Shown: positions 49,953 through 59,088 of the stretch, piece by piece
How positions within the stretch are numbered: the stretch's first letter is position 1
Layout of the letters: every line of letters begins with the position of its first letter
Assembly (NCBI GenBank): GCA_041649115.1
Contig: JBAZNT010000010.1
Coordinates: 3,979 to 67,978 of the forward strand
Direction of reading: 5' to 3'
DNA: 64,000 bases
Source of the DNA: Candidatus Omnitrophota bacterium
GTDB lineage: Bacteria; Omnitrophota; Gorgyraeia; Gygaellales; Profunditerraquicolaceae
The notes under the pieces: model-generated
What the model saw: only the letters and a program-made list of their open reading frames with translations
The model's database searches: none
Told to the model about the DNA's origin: nothing
Translations under genes and position numbers: made by a program

Positions 49953-51737
49953 GTGCTTACGGGAAGGGGCCTGCCTTTTATTTTTGCAATCTTATTTGCC
50001 GTCCTGCCGGCGCAGGCAAAGGAACAGTCTGCCCTGGAGCTGGAACCTATCGTAGTCACCCAAAGCGGCTCTCTTGCCACATCCGGCTATTCCGTCAGAT
50101 ACCGCGACCCTCAATATTGGGCATTTGGGTTCCCGCTGGAATCCCTTAAACTGCTGCCTATTGATATGGAGGAGCGTTCTTTATCAGGCTCAAGCCAGAC
50201 GCGCTTTTCCCTGCGCGGCTCGACTACCCGCGGGGTATTGATGCTTCTTGACGGTCAGCGCATCAATGACCCTCAGACAGAATACTATAATTCGGATATA
50301 CCGTTTACAAAAGAGGACATCAGGAGAATAGATATCCTTCCTTCCGGAGCATCAAGGACTGCCGGGCCGGACGCTATCGGAGGAGCAGTAAGCATTGCCC
50401 TTAAGAAGCCGGAGGCGGACAAGAAGGTCCTGGAGCTGGTTTACGGCTCGCATGATGCCGCAAACATGCTTTTAAGCCTCAGCCAAAAGATGGATACTTT
50501 TTCCACGAGGGTTTCCGTAGAGAGCCACCGCGACAGGGGATTTAGTTATGATACGGATTCCAAGGGATTCATCATTTCCTCGGTTTCTTGCCTGGAGGTG
50601 CCGGCAGGGGATATCAATTTGAGTGCCGGTTACCAGGAGAAGGAATACGGGGCTTACGATTTTTATACGCCCGGGAAGGGTAACCCTTCCCGCGAGTGGA
50701 CAAGGACATACCTGTTAAAGAGCGATGCTGATTTTAAAGGGGACGGTTTTTTGATAAAACCTTCCATGCTTTGGCGTAGGCACTACGATAAATTTATGCT
50801 TGATGAGACATCTACCAGCAGCAACCACCATCGCAGTGATATTTATACCCCGGCAGTGTATCTAGAGAAAGAGACCGCGGCAGTTGGTACGCTGGGACTT
50901 AGTCTGGAATACGGTGAAGAGCGGATGAATTCTACAAATCTTGGCAAGCACAACCGTAATCATAAAAGCCTGGCCTTAAGCGATAAAGTGAGGTTAGGCG
51001 AAAAGATCTCCCTGGATTTTTCCCTAAGAAGGGATGATTTTGACGGGTTTGGGGATGCATATTACGGCTCTGCCAATGCCAGGTTCAGGGTCTCTGAATA
51101 CGGCTCATTGTTTATGGGGGCATCCAGGGATATTCGTATCCCTTCATTTACCGAGCTTTATTACGACTACTACGATACCGTGGGGGACGCTGGTTTAGCG
51201 GCAGAAAAATCTTTAAGTTGTGAGCTTGGCTATGATTATTCCCGGGAGGGTCTGAAGGATGGCGTTAAGATTTTTTATAGAGATGAGAACGACCTTATAG
51301 ATTGGGTGTGGACGGATTCTACTCAGAGGTGGCAGGCCCAGAATATCGGCGTAGCCAAGGTAATGGGGGCGGAGTGCTATTTTAATGTCCGGGCAAGCAA
51401 GATCCTCAGCTTCAATTTGAATTATACTTACATCAATAAGAAGTTTAAGGAGCAGGACTACATCTTTAAGTACGGGCCTAATTATGCAAGGCATATCTTT
51501 AACGGCTCTTTTAACCTCAATACCGGCCGTGTTACCTCGATGTTTTGGGTTTTATATAAAAAGAAGCCGTTGCGTAGCGGATGGTGGCTCTTGGGGGTAT
51601 GCTGCGATTATAGGCTGAATGAAAAAGCCGTCTTCTTTTTTAGGGCTACCAATCTTTTAAATGTAGACTACCAGGAGATAGAAGGCATCCCGCAGCCCGG
51701 TCGCTACCTGGAAGGCGGATTGAGGATGGAGTGGTAA
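49953..51737 (+). CDS. TonB-dependent outer-membrane receptor (small, 594 aa; GTG start)
   Basis: A signal peptide is present (...AVLPAQA). Plug-domain blocks are LEPIVVT, LRGSTTRGVLMLLDGQRIND and GGAVSI. The C-terminal beta-barrel ends ...GGLRMEW. Confidence 0.8.
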   Translation: MLTGRGLPFIFAILFAVLPAQAKEQSALELEPIVVTQSGSLATSGYSVRYRDPQYWAFGFPLESLKLLPIDMEERSLSGSSQTRFSLRGSTTRGVLMLLDGQRINDPQTEYYNSDIPFTKEDIRRIDILPSGASRTAGPDAIGGAVSIALKKPEADKKVLELVYGSHDAANMLLSLSQKMDTFSTRVSVESHRDRGFSYDTDSKGFIISSVSCLEVPAGDINLSAGYQEKEYGAYDFYTPGKGNPSREWTRTYLLKSDADFKGDGFLIKPSMLWRRHYDKFMLDETSTSSNHHRSDIYTPAVYLEKETAAVGTLGLSLEYGEERMNSTNLGKHNRNHKSLALSDKVRLGEKISLDFSLRRDDFDGFGDAYYGSANARFRVSEYGSLFMGASRDIRIPSFTELYYDYYDTVGDAGLAAEKSLSCELGYDYSREGLKDGVKIFYRDENDLIDWVWTDSTQRWQAQNIGVAKVMGAECYFNVRASKILSFNLNYTYINKKFKEQDYIFKYGPNYARHIFNGSFNLNTGRVTSMFWVLYKKKPLRSGWWLLGVCCDYRLNEKAVFFFRATNLLNVDYQEIEGIPQPGRYLEGGLRMEW

Positions 51738-51741
51738 ACAA

Positions 51742-51779
51742 CAGAAACACTTTCCCGATCAACTCGGAAAGTGTTTCTG
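51742..51779 (+). terminator. Hairpin terminator after the receptor gene
   Basis: CAGAAACACTTTCCCGA pairs with TCGGAAAGTGTTTCTG (about 16 bp with one bulge). CTTT follows. Confidence 0.6.
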
Positions 51780-51813
51780 CTTTGGGTTGGAAAGCGTTTT
51801 TAAAAAAAGAAGG

Positions 51814-51842
51814 TTGCCCGCAAACTCAAGATAGGGTATAAT
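51814..51842 (+). promoter_or_regulatory. Promoter candidate for nadA (-35 TTGCCC, 17-nt spacer, -10 TATAAT)
   Basis: The hexamers are at 51814-51819 and 51837-51842. Confidence 0.45.
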
Positions 51843-51895
51843 CACAGGCAAGCATTATTAATGACATCCCTGCTCAAAAGGGGCGTTTTAAAAAG

Positions 51896-52852
51896 ATGAC
51901 GACACGCAAGGACCTCAACAGCATCAAGGATAAGATAAGAGAGCTCAAGAAGAAACGTCGGGCCGTTATCCTGGTGCATAATTATCAGCTTCCCGAGGTG
52001 CAGGATATCGCTGATTTCCGCGGGGACTCCCTGGAATTAAGCCGCCAGGCAGCCAAGACAGACGCCGAGGTGATTGTTTTCTGCGGCGTTCATTTCATGG
52101 CTGAGACCGCTGCGATCCTGAGCCCCCACAAGAAGGTAATCATGCCCGATGTTTTTGCCGGCTGCCCAATGGCGAAGATGATTACCGCCCAGGATCTAAA
52201 GAACCTGAAGGAGAGGTATCCCGGCGCGGTAACGGTAGGTTATGTCAATACCTCGGCAGAGGTCAAGGCGGAGCTTGACGTTTGCTGCACCTCTACCAAT
52301 GCCGTCTCAGTAGTCAAGGCGATCTTGGATGACGCCCGCGGCGGCGGCAGGATTTTCGGCGGCAGCAAAGACATTATCTTCGTCCCCGATAAATACCTCG
52401 CGGATTACGTTACAAAACAGACAGGCAAGAGGCTTATCGTTTGGGAGGGTTTTTGTCCTACCCATGTCAGGATTACGGCAGAGGATATCAAAAGAGAGAA
52501 GAAATTTCATCCGCATGCCAAGGTAGTAGTGCATCCGGAGTGTATGCCCGGAGTAGTGGCGCTGGCAGACGCCGCTCTCTCCACCAGCATGATATGTAAA
52601 TTCGCCCGCCAGACAAGCGCAAAGGAGATTGTTGTGGGGACCGAGGTCGGGCTGATTTACCGCCTTAAAAAAGATAATCCCGGCAAGGAGTTTTATCCGG
52701 CCTCTGAAGCCGCAGTCTGTCCTAATATGAAGCGCACCACTCAGGAGAAGGTCCTTTGGGCGTTGGAAGAGCTTAAGGGAGAGGTGAAGGTTGCGGATGA
52801 CATCCGTCGCCGCGCCAGAGGGGCCATTGAGAAGATGTTGGAAATTCTCTAG
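51896..52852 (+). CDS. nadA: Quinolinate synthase
   Basis: 318 aa. Blocks are ILVHNYQ, GDSLELS, FCGVHFMAETA and VVHPEC. Confidence 0.93.
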   Translation: MTTRKDLNSIKDKIRELKKKRRAVILVHNYQLPEVQDIADFRGDSLELSRQAAKTDAEVIVFCGVHFMAETAAILSPHKKVIMPDVFAGCPMAKMITAQDLKNLKERYPGAVTVGYVNTSAEVKAELDVCCTSTNAVSVVKAILDDARGGGRIFGGSKDIIFVPDKYLADYVTKQTGKRLIVWEGFCPTHVRITAEDIKREKKFHPHAKVVVHPECMPGVVALADAALSTSMICKFARQTSAKEIVVGTEVGLIYRLKKDNPGKEFYPASEAAVCPNMKRTTQEKVLWALEELKGEVKVADDIRRRARGAIEKMLEIL

Positions 52853-52854
52853 CG

Positions 52855-53574
52855 ATGTCCGAAATCAAAAAAGACCTTTTTGAAGGAAACGACGACAGGG
52901 GAAGCGCTCCTGCGGTAACGGCGGGAGGGTTCTTAAAACTTTCCCCGTCTTCTCTTAACCTTTTCCTGGATTGCCCCCGTTGCTTCTGGCTGGATATAAA
53001 CCGCGGCATGAAGCGCCCCGGCGTCCCGGTGGCAACCATTACTACCGGATTAGACAGGGTAGTGAAGGAATTTTTTAATGAATACCGCGCCAGGGGGGTC
53101 TTGCCGTCTTTGCTGGAAGGCAGGGTCAGCGGGAAGTTGATGCCGAATTTCCCCAAGAGGGGATGGTTGGATTATAATGACAAGGCGCTCAACGCAAAGC
53201 TCGGCGGATATCTGGACGAGTGCATTCAGCTCGATGAAAAGTATTACGCCGTGCTTGACCACAAGACCAGGGGCAGTGCGCCGGATAGCGTGCATAAGGC
53301 ATATCAGCTGCAGATGGACGTTTACACCTTGCTTCTGGAAGAGAATAATTTTTCCACCCGCCGCAGCGCTTATATCGCCTACTACATCCCCAAGAAGATA
53401 ATCTCCGGAGCGGATTTTCAATTTGAGGTCCTGATAAAAGAGCTCCGTACCGACCCCGACCGCGCACGCGAGGTCTTTGCGTCGGCGGTAAAATCCTTAC
53501 GCGGCCCCATAGCAGCGCCTAATAAGGAGTGCGGTTTCTGTAACTGGACCGCAACCTCCGCTATAAAGCAGTGA
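52855..53574 (+). CDS. PD-(D/E)XK nuclease, Cas4/RecB-like, with four Cys (CxxC + CxxC)
   Basis: Motifs are LDHK (D/ExK) and QLQMDVY (QxxxY). The N-terminal Cys pair is CPRCFW and the C-terminal pair is CGFCNW. There is no CRISPR or cas context. Confidence 0.6.
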   Translation: MSEIKKDLFEGNDDRGSAPAVTAGGFLKLSPSSLNLFLDCPRCFWLDINRGMKRPGVPVATITTGLDRVVKEFFNEYRARGVLPSLLEGRVSGKLMPNFPKRGWLDYNDKALNAKLGGYLDECIQLDEKYYAVLDHKTRGSAPDSVHKAYQLQMDVYTLLLEENNFSTRRSAYIAYYIPKKIISGADFQFEVLIKELRTDPDRAREVFASAVKSLRGPIAAPNKECGFCNWTATSAIKQ

Positions 53575-54200
53575 ACATACCGGTTATTTATGAGGATGAG
53601 TGGTTTCTGGTAGCGGATAAACCGGCGGGGTTGCTGGTGGTTCCAACCCCCAAGAGGGAAACCCGCACCCTGACCAGCATACTTAACGAAGACGCTCTCC
53701 TTAAGGGATATTCTTGCCGGCTCTATCCCTGTCATCGCCTGGACAGGGATACCTCGGGGTTGATTATTTATGCCAAGGGCAAGGCTGCCCGCAAGAAAAT
53801 GGAGGATATCTTTAGAGAGAGAAAGATCAAGAAGTCATATTTTTCTCTGGTTTCGGGGATCCCTCCGAAAAAGGAGTCCAGGATTACCGCCTTGGTTTTT
53901 GGGTTAAGCGCTACGACTGATTACCGGGTAGTTAAAAAATGGAAGGATTTTTCGGAGCTCGAGGTAAACCCGCTTACCGGCAGGACAAATCAGATACGGC
54001 TTCATTTAAAGCAGCTGGGTTGCCCTATCCTCGGGGATTACAGGTTTGCCTTACGCCGCGATTTTAAGATTAAGGCAAAACGTTTATGCCTGCATGCGAA
54101 GAGCCTGGAGTTTACGCATCCTTTTACCGGAAGCAGGATCTGCCTAGAGGCGCCATTGCCGCAGGACCTAAGGGGGTTGCTGCAAAGGCATCACGCTTGA
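53571..54200 (+). CDS. RluA-family pseudouridine synthase (no S4 domain)
   Basis: The catalytic motif is HRLDRDTSGL. The block GRTNQIRLH is present. Confidence 0.88.
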   Translation: MNIPVIYEDEWFLVADKPAGLLVVPTPKRETRTLTSILNEDALLKGYSCRLYPCHRLDRDTSGLIIYAKGKAARKKMEDIFRERKIKKSYFSLVSGIPPKKESRITALVFGLSATTDYRVVKKWKDFSELEVNPLTGRTNQIRLHLKQLGCPILGDYRFALRRDFKIKAKRLCLHAKSLEFTHPFTGSRICLEAPLPQDLRGLLQRHHA

Positions 54201-54204
54201 GATA

Positions 54205-54948
54205 ATGATAAGGTATATTATTCTTGGCCTATTACAGGGGATGACGGAGTTCCTGCCGGTCAGCAGTTCCGGACATCTCGTGATCATGCAGCGGCTGCTG
54301 GGCTTGCACGGGCAAGCGGTAGCGCTGACAGTAGTGCTGCATCTGGGTACGCTTTTGGCGCTGGCGGTATTTTTCTTTAAGGATTTATGGGGGCTTCTTA
54401 GGAATCCTAAGGCCGTCTTTTATCTGGCCGTTGTCACCGTTATTACCGCTGCCATAGGGTTTAGCGGTAAAGATTTTTTTGAGGCCTTATTTACTTCTCC
54501 GAAGCTGGTCGCTTTGGCCCTGATGGTTACGGGTATTATGCTATTGGCAACTAAAAGATTTGTTTCGGGAAACAGGGCCAGCGTTAGTTTAAAAGACGCC
54601 GTTATCCTTGGTTTCACCCAGGCAGCCGCGATTGTGCCGGGCATTTCTCGTGCCGGCGCCACTATCTCTACGCTTCTTTTAAGAGGCATTAAGCCGGAGG
54701 AGGCCTTCCGCTTTTCCTTTCTGGCAGCCATGCCGGTTATACTGGGAGCCGCATTACTGGAATCTAAGGATATCAATCTTGCTTTTAGCATTGATAGCGC
54801 AGGGCTTGCCGTCGGATTTATCTCGAGTTTTGCGGCAGGCCTTATTTCGCTGCGTTTCCTCAAGGTTGTTTTAAAGAAGGCCAAACTCCACTATTTCGGT
54901 TATTACTGCATCGCGGTAGCAATAGCAACCCTTTTATTATTAAGATGA
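54205..54948 (+). CDS. uppP: Undecaprenyl-diphosphate phosphatase
   Basis: Blocks are LLQGMTEFLPVSSSGHL and PGISRAG. The protein has eight TM segments. Confidence 0.92.
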   Translation: MIRYIILGLLQGMTEFLPVSSSGHLVIMQRLLGLHGQAVALTVVLHLGTLLALAVFFFKDLWGLLRNPKAVFYLAVVTVITAAIGFSGKDFFEALFTSPKLVALALMVTGIMLLATKRFVSGNRASVSLKDAVILGFTQAAAIVPGISRAGATISTLLLRGIKPEEAFRFSFLAAMPVILGAALLESKDINLAFSIDSAGLAVGFISSFAAGLISLRFLKVVLKKAKLHYFGYYCIAVAIATLLLLR

Positions 54949-55844
54949 GTATACTGGTATTAGGCACGGCAGCACTGGATGATGTAAAGACCCCGGCGGG
55001 CCTGCGCCGCAATATCCTCGGAGGCTCGGCCGTGCATTTCGCGATGTCGGCACGGTTATTCTCCAAGGTAAATCTGGCGGCTGTTATCGGAGAAGACTTT
55101 CCCCCGGGTTACCTTGATTTTTTGCGTTGCCGCGGCATTGCGCTTGTTTCGCTCCTTCGCCGCAAAGGCAAGACATTCCACTGGAGCGGGGAATACCGCG
55201 GAGACTTGAATAGCGCCGTTACCCTCAAGACGGAATTGGGAGTGCTTGCGGATTTCAAGCCGGAGATTTCCGAAGAGGAGCGCGGTATCAGGTATGTATT
55301 CCTGGCTAATGTCGATCCCCATCTTCAGCGGTATCTCCTGCACCGCCTGCGTTCTCCGAGACTGGTGGGATTAGACAGCATGAATTACTGGATTCATCAC
55401 CAGCGCCCGGCGTTAATGCGTCTGCTTCGAGAGGTCGATATCTATCTTGCCAATGACCAGGAGGCCCGTAGCCTTTCGGGAGAAAGTAACCTGGTAAAGG
55501 CGGCCGGTTACTTGCATCGCCTTGGCCCCAGGATGGTAATTATAAAAAAAGGAGAGCACGGGGTTTTGTTTTATTGCAGCAGTTTTATTTTTTCTCTGCC
55601 GGCTTATCCAGCGGTAAGGTTGATTGATCCTACCGGAGCGGGGGATACCTTTGCCGGCGGCCTGATGGGTTACCTTTCCAGCCAGGGCAGGATTACCACA
55701 GCCGCCATCAGAAAGGCGATTGCCTATGCTACGATAGCAGCCTCTTTTAACGTGGAAGGTTTTGGGGTAGAGCGGAGCGCTTGGCTTAAGATGGGGGATT
55801 TAGACAGGAGATTAGCAGAATTCAGGAGACTGGTTTCTTTCTGA
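54945..55844 (+). CDS. PfkB-family carbohydrate/nucleoside kinase
   Basis: The C-terminal signature is DPTGAGDTFAGG. The fold length is ribokinase-like. Confidence 0.8.
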   Translation: MSILVLGTAALDDVKTPAGLRRNILGGSAVHFAMSARLFSKVNLAAVIGEDFPPGYLDFLRCRGIALVSLLRRKGKTFHWSGEYRGDLNSAVTLKTELGVLADFKPEISEEERGIRYVFLANVDPHLQRYLLHRLRSPRLVGLDSMNYWIHHQRPALMRLLREVDIYLANDQEARSLSGESNLVKAAGYLHRLGPRMVIIKKGEHGVLFYCSSFIFSLPAYPAVRLIDPTGAGDTFAGGLMGYLSSQGRITTAAIRKAIAYATIAASFNVEGFGVERSAWLKMGDLDRRLAEFRRLVSF

Positions 55845-55861
55845 CGCCAAAAGGAGGAACG

Positions 55862-56311
55862 ATGTTAGAAGAGAGGATCCTTAACGATTATAAAGAAGCC
55901 ATGAAAAACAGGGATGCCCTTAAGAGTTCGGTGTTGAGTTTTCTGCGCGCTGCGATGATGAACTCGGCGATAGAGAAGAAAAAGAAGCTCTTGGATGACG
56001 ATGAGGTCATCGCGGTAATCAAAAAACAGCTTAAGCAGCGCCAGGATTCCATAGAGCAATTCAAGAAGGGTAATCGGCAGGAACTTGCAGATAAGGAAAC
56101 GAAGGAGGCGGCGATTTTGGAATCCTACCTTCCCGAGCAGCTTTCTCCTGAAGAGGTGGCAGGAGCGGTGGAGGAGGCAATAGCGGCAACGGGCGCATCC
56201 GGCCCCAAGGATATGGGCAAAGTCATGAAAGAGGTGGTGTCCAGGTTCGGGGCAAGTCTGGATGCAAGGCTCTTAAGCGAACTGGTAAGGAAGAGATTAA
56301 GCGGCGGATGA
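55862..56311 (+). CDS. GatB/YqeY domain protein
   Basis: 149 aa with the typical N-terminus (LNDYKEAMKNRD...) and the block ILESYLPEQLS. Confidence 0.85.
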   Translation: MLEERILNDYKEAMKNRDALKSSVLSFLRAAMMNSAIEKKKKLLDDDEVIAVIKKQLKQRQDSIEQFKKGNRQELADKETKEAAILESYLPEQLSPEEVAGAVEEAIAATGASGPKDMGKVMKEVVSRFGASLDARLLSELVRKRLSGG

Positions 56312-56342
56312 GGCTCAGGTTTTAAGGAGAATTTTATTTTTC

Positions 56343-56371
56343 TTGACAACTGCAGGAGACCGAGGTATATT
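56343..56371 (+). promoter_or_regulatory. Promoter candidate for the hydrogenase operon (-35 TTGACA, 17-nt spacer, -10 TATATT)
   Basis: The hexamers are at 56343-56348 and 56366-56371. Confidence 0.5.
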
Positions 56372-56407
56372 TATATTTGTTGTTAATTATTTTTTTTAGG
56401 GGTTATT

Positions 56408-56423
56408 TGTGATATATTTCACG
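56408..56423 (+). promoter_or_regulatory. CRP/FNR-family type palindrome TGTGA-N6-TCACG
   Basis: The site is at 56408-56423 in the hyd leader and matches TGTGA-N6-TCACA at 9/10 positions. Confidence 0.4.
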
Positions 56424-56504
56424 AATTCATAATCCCCGCCTATCCCCTCACCTCTAAACAGGCCAAAGGATTTATAACAGGGCAGAATTATCGGAGACTA
56501 TTTT

Positions 56505-56981
56505 ATGGAGCGCGTAGTATCGGTTGCGGATATTGAGAGTTTAGCAAAAAAATGGAGCGGCAAGAGGGGCAGCCTCATTATGATCCTCCATGGCCTTCAG
56601 AAGCATTACGGCTATGTCCCCCGCCAGGCATGTTTTGAGCTTTCCCGCCTTCTTAGCGTTCCGCTTGCGCGGATTTACGAAGTAATCACCTTCTATAATT
56701 TTTTCAAGCTTGAGCCCCCCGGCAGGCACCGCATCGCCTTATGCATGGGCACGGCCTGTTATTTAAAAGGGGCCCCGCAGATACTGGAAGAGATAAAAGG
56801 GATCTTGAGTATCCGCGAAGGGCAGGTTACCAAGGACGGCCTTTTTCAATTGGATGTGGTGCGTTGTATCGGATGTTGCGGACTTTCCCCCGTGATGATG
56901 ATAGACGATAAAGTTTACGGCCAGCTTAAAAAATCAGATGTAATGGAGATACTCTCCCGTTACGGCAGGCAGGAGGATTAA
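56505..56981 (+). CDS. [FeFe]-hydrogenase NuoE-like [2Fe-2S] subunit (HydC)
   Basis: 158 aa. The thioredoxin-like 2Fe-2S pattern is CMGTACYLKG...CIGCCGLSP. Confidence 0.88.
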   Translation: MERVVSVADIESLAKKWSGKRGSLIMILHGLQKHYGYVPRQACFELSRLLSVPLARIYEVITFYNFFKLEPPGRHRIALCMGTACYLKGAPQILEEIKGILSIREGQVTKDGLFQLDVVRCIGCCGLSPVMMIDDKVYGQLKKSDVMEILSRYGRQED

Positions 56982-56987
56982 AAGGCG

Positions 56988-57338
56988 ATGGCGAGGTTTT
57001 GCGGTCCGGATGACCTGGAGAGGAAAAAGAAAGAATTGAAAGCCGGTCCCGGCAATTGGATCAGGGTAGGGATGGGGAGTTGCGGCCTGGCTGCCGGGGC
57101 AGAAGAGGTATATAATACGCTGGTTGATGAATCCCGCAAGAGAAATATGCAGATAGAGATCAAGAAATGCGGCTGCCAGGGGATGTGTTACGCCGAACCC
57201 CTGGTCGAGGTCTCCGTTGAAGGCCTGCCCGTCGTTGTTTACGGAAAGGTCAATAAGGAAATAGCGGTTAAGATACTGGATAAGCACGTAGCGGCAAAGA
57301 TGCTTGTTAACGACAGCATCTTCGACCTCAATACCTAG
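56988..57338 (+). CDS. Small thioredoxin-like [2Fe-2S] ferredoxin subunit (HydD-like)
   Basis: 116 aa with four Cys, in GSCGLAAG and CGCQGMCYAEP. Confidence 0.7.
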   Translation: MARFCGPDDLERKKKELKAGPGNWIRVGMGSCGLAAGAEEVYNTLVDESRKRNMQIEIKKCGCQGMCYAEPLVEVSVEGLPVVVYGKVNKEIAVKILDKHVAAKMLVNDSIFDLNT

Positions 57339-57343
57339 AGGAT

Positions 57344-59086
57344 ATGGACAAAAGGATAGTTTTTATAAAGGATACCGATTCCCAGGAGCAGGAGAGGACC
57401 CGCGAGTTTTACACGGCCTTCCTGGATCAGTTGCGCGAAAACAACCTGCAGGATGAGGTACAGGTCTTGAGGGTAGCAGATATCGGGATATACGGACAGG
57501 GGGTAGTAGCCAAGGTCCTGCCTGCCGGGATTACTTACGGCCGCCTCAGCAATGCCGATATTAAAAAAATAATCGAATCTACCATTAAGGAAGGAAAGGT
57601 TATTGAGGAGCTGCTTTTGAATAGGCAGCCACGGCAGCTGCGCATTGTCCTGCGTAACTGCGGGGTTATTGACCCGGAGAGCATAGATGAATATATCGCC
57701 CATGAAGGTTATGCGGCCATCTCCAAGGTTATCAGCGGATATTCCCCCGAAAAGGTAATTGAGGAGTTGAAGGTAAGCGGTTTACGGGGTAGGGGAGGGG
57801 CAGGATATCCTACCTGGATGAAATGGAATTTTACCCGTCAGTCAAAATCAGAAGAAAAATATATTATCTGCAATGCCGACGAAGGCGACCCGGGGGCGTA
57901 TATGGACCGCAGCGTCCTGGAAGGGGACCCGCATTCCGTCATTGAAGGAATGATCATCGCCGGCTTTGCCATCGGGGCATCCAACGGGTTCTTCTATATC
58001 CGTGCCGAATATCCCCTGGCAGTGGAGAGGATTAACAGGGCTATAAGACAGGCTTATGATTACGGGTTGTTGGGCAGCAATATCCTCGGCAGCGATTTCA
58101 GTTTTGACCTTGACGTCAGGCTCGGCGCAGGCGCATTCGTCTGCGGGGAGGAGACGGCATTGATTGCTTCCATAGAAGGCAGCCGCGGGACACCGCGGCC
58201 CAGGCCGCCTTATCCTTCCAGGGAAGGATTATGGGGTAAGCCTACCGCCATCAATAACGTCGAGACCCTGGCTAATATAGCGGCGATTATTTTAAAAGGC
58301 GGGAGGTGGTTTAGCGGTATCGGCACCGAGAAATCAAAAGGGACCAAGGTCTTTGCTTTAACCGGAAAGGTCAAGAATTCCGGGCTGGTCGAGGTCCCCA
58401 TGGGGACTACCTTAAGAGATATCGTATTTGATATCGGGGGAGGCACTGCATCAGGCAAAGGGATTAAGGCGGTGCAGACCGGAGGGCCATCCGGGGGGGT
58501 AATACCCAAGGATTATCTCGATACCCCGGTAGATTATGAAAACCTGCAGAAGCTGGGTTCGATCATGGGCTCCGGCGGCATGATTGTGATGGATGATGAC
58601 GATTGCATGGTGGATATCACCAAGTTTTACCTCGGATTCTGCGTGGACGAGTCCTGCGGTAAATGCGCACCGTGCAGGCTTGGCGGGTATCAACTGCTGG
58701 GTATACTCAGCAGGATTTCCGAAGGCCACGGCGTGGCAGATGACCTTGAGAAGATGCGTAAGATCTCGGAGGCGATGCGCAAGGCCTCGCTCTGCGGTTT
58801 AGGTCAGACCGCCTCCAACCCGGTTTCCTCGACCCTTAATTATTTTGAGTCCGAATACAAGGAGCACATTTTAAACAAGAAGTGCCCCGCGCATAAATGC
58901 AAACACCTTATTACCTACAGCATCATGCAGGGCAGGTGCAAGAGATGCAGGGTCTGCGTGATGAACTGCCCGGTCGGGGCCATCGGAGGCGACAGAGAAA
59001 CCGGTTTTTATATCGAACTGGATAAATGCATCAAATGCGGCAAGTGTTTTGAGGTTTGTAAATTTTCGGCGATATTGAAGGAGTAA
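57344..59086 (+). CDS. [FeFe]-hydrogenase NuoF-like flavoprotein subunit (HydB; NAD(P)H/FMN/Fe-S)
   Basis: Blocks are GRGGAGYPT, CNADEGDPGAY, the SLBB domain and CGKCAPCR. The C-terminus has 2x[4Fe-4S] (CKRCRVCVMNCP, CIKCGKCFEVC). Confidence 0.9.
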   Translation: MDKRIVFIKDTDSQEQERTREFYTAFLDQLRENNLQDEVQVLRVADIGIYGQGVVAKVLPAGITYGRLSNADIKKIIESTIKEGKVIEELLLNRQPRQLRIVLRNCGVIDPESIDEYIAHEGYAAISKVISGYSPEKVIEELKVSGLRGRGGAGYPTWMKWNFTRQSKSEEKYIICNADEGDPGAYMDRSVLEGDPHSVIEGMIIAGFAIGASNGFFYIRAEYPLAVERINRAIRQAYDYGLLGSNILGSDFSFDLDVRLGAGAFVCGEETALIASIEGSRGTPRPRPPYPSREGLWGKPTAINNVETLANIAAIILKGGRWFSGIGTEKSKGTKVFALTGKVKNSGLVEVPMGTTLRDIVFDIGGGTASGKGIKAVQTGGPSGGVIPKDYLDTPVDYENLQKLGSIMGSGGMIVMDDDDCMVDITKFYLGFCVDESCGKCAPCRLGGYQLLGILSRISEGHGVADDLEKMRKISEAMRKASLCGLGQTASNPVSSTLNYFESEYKEHILNKKCPAHKCKHLITYSIMQGRCKRCRVCVMNCPVGAIGGDRETGFYIELDKCIKCGKCFEVCKFSAILKE

Positions 59087-59088
59087 CA

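Noticed and set aside
57330-57350. Possible stop-codon read-through or selenocysteine-type recoding joining the 116-aa 2Fe-2S ORF to hydB.
   Set aside because: The two ORFs are in different frames (56988 is in frame 0 and 57344 in frame 2). The stop is TAG, not TGA, and hydB has its own ATG. They are separate subunits.
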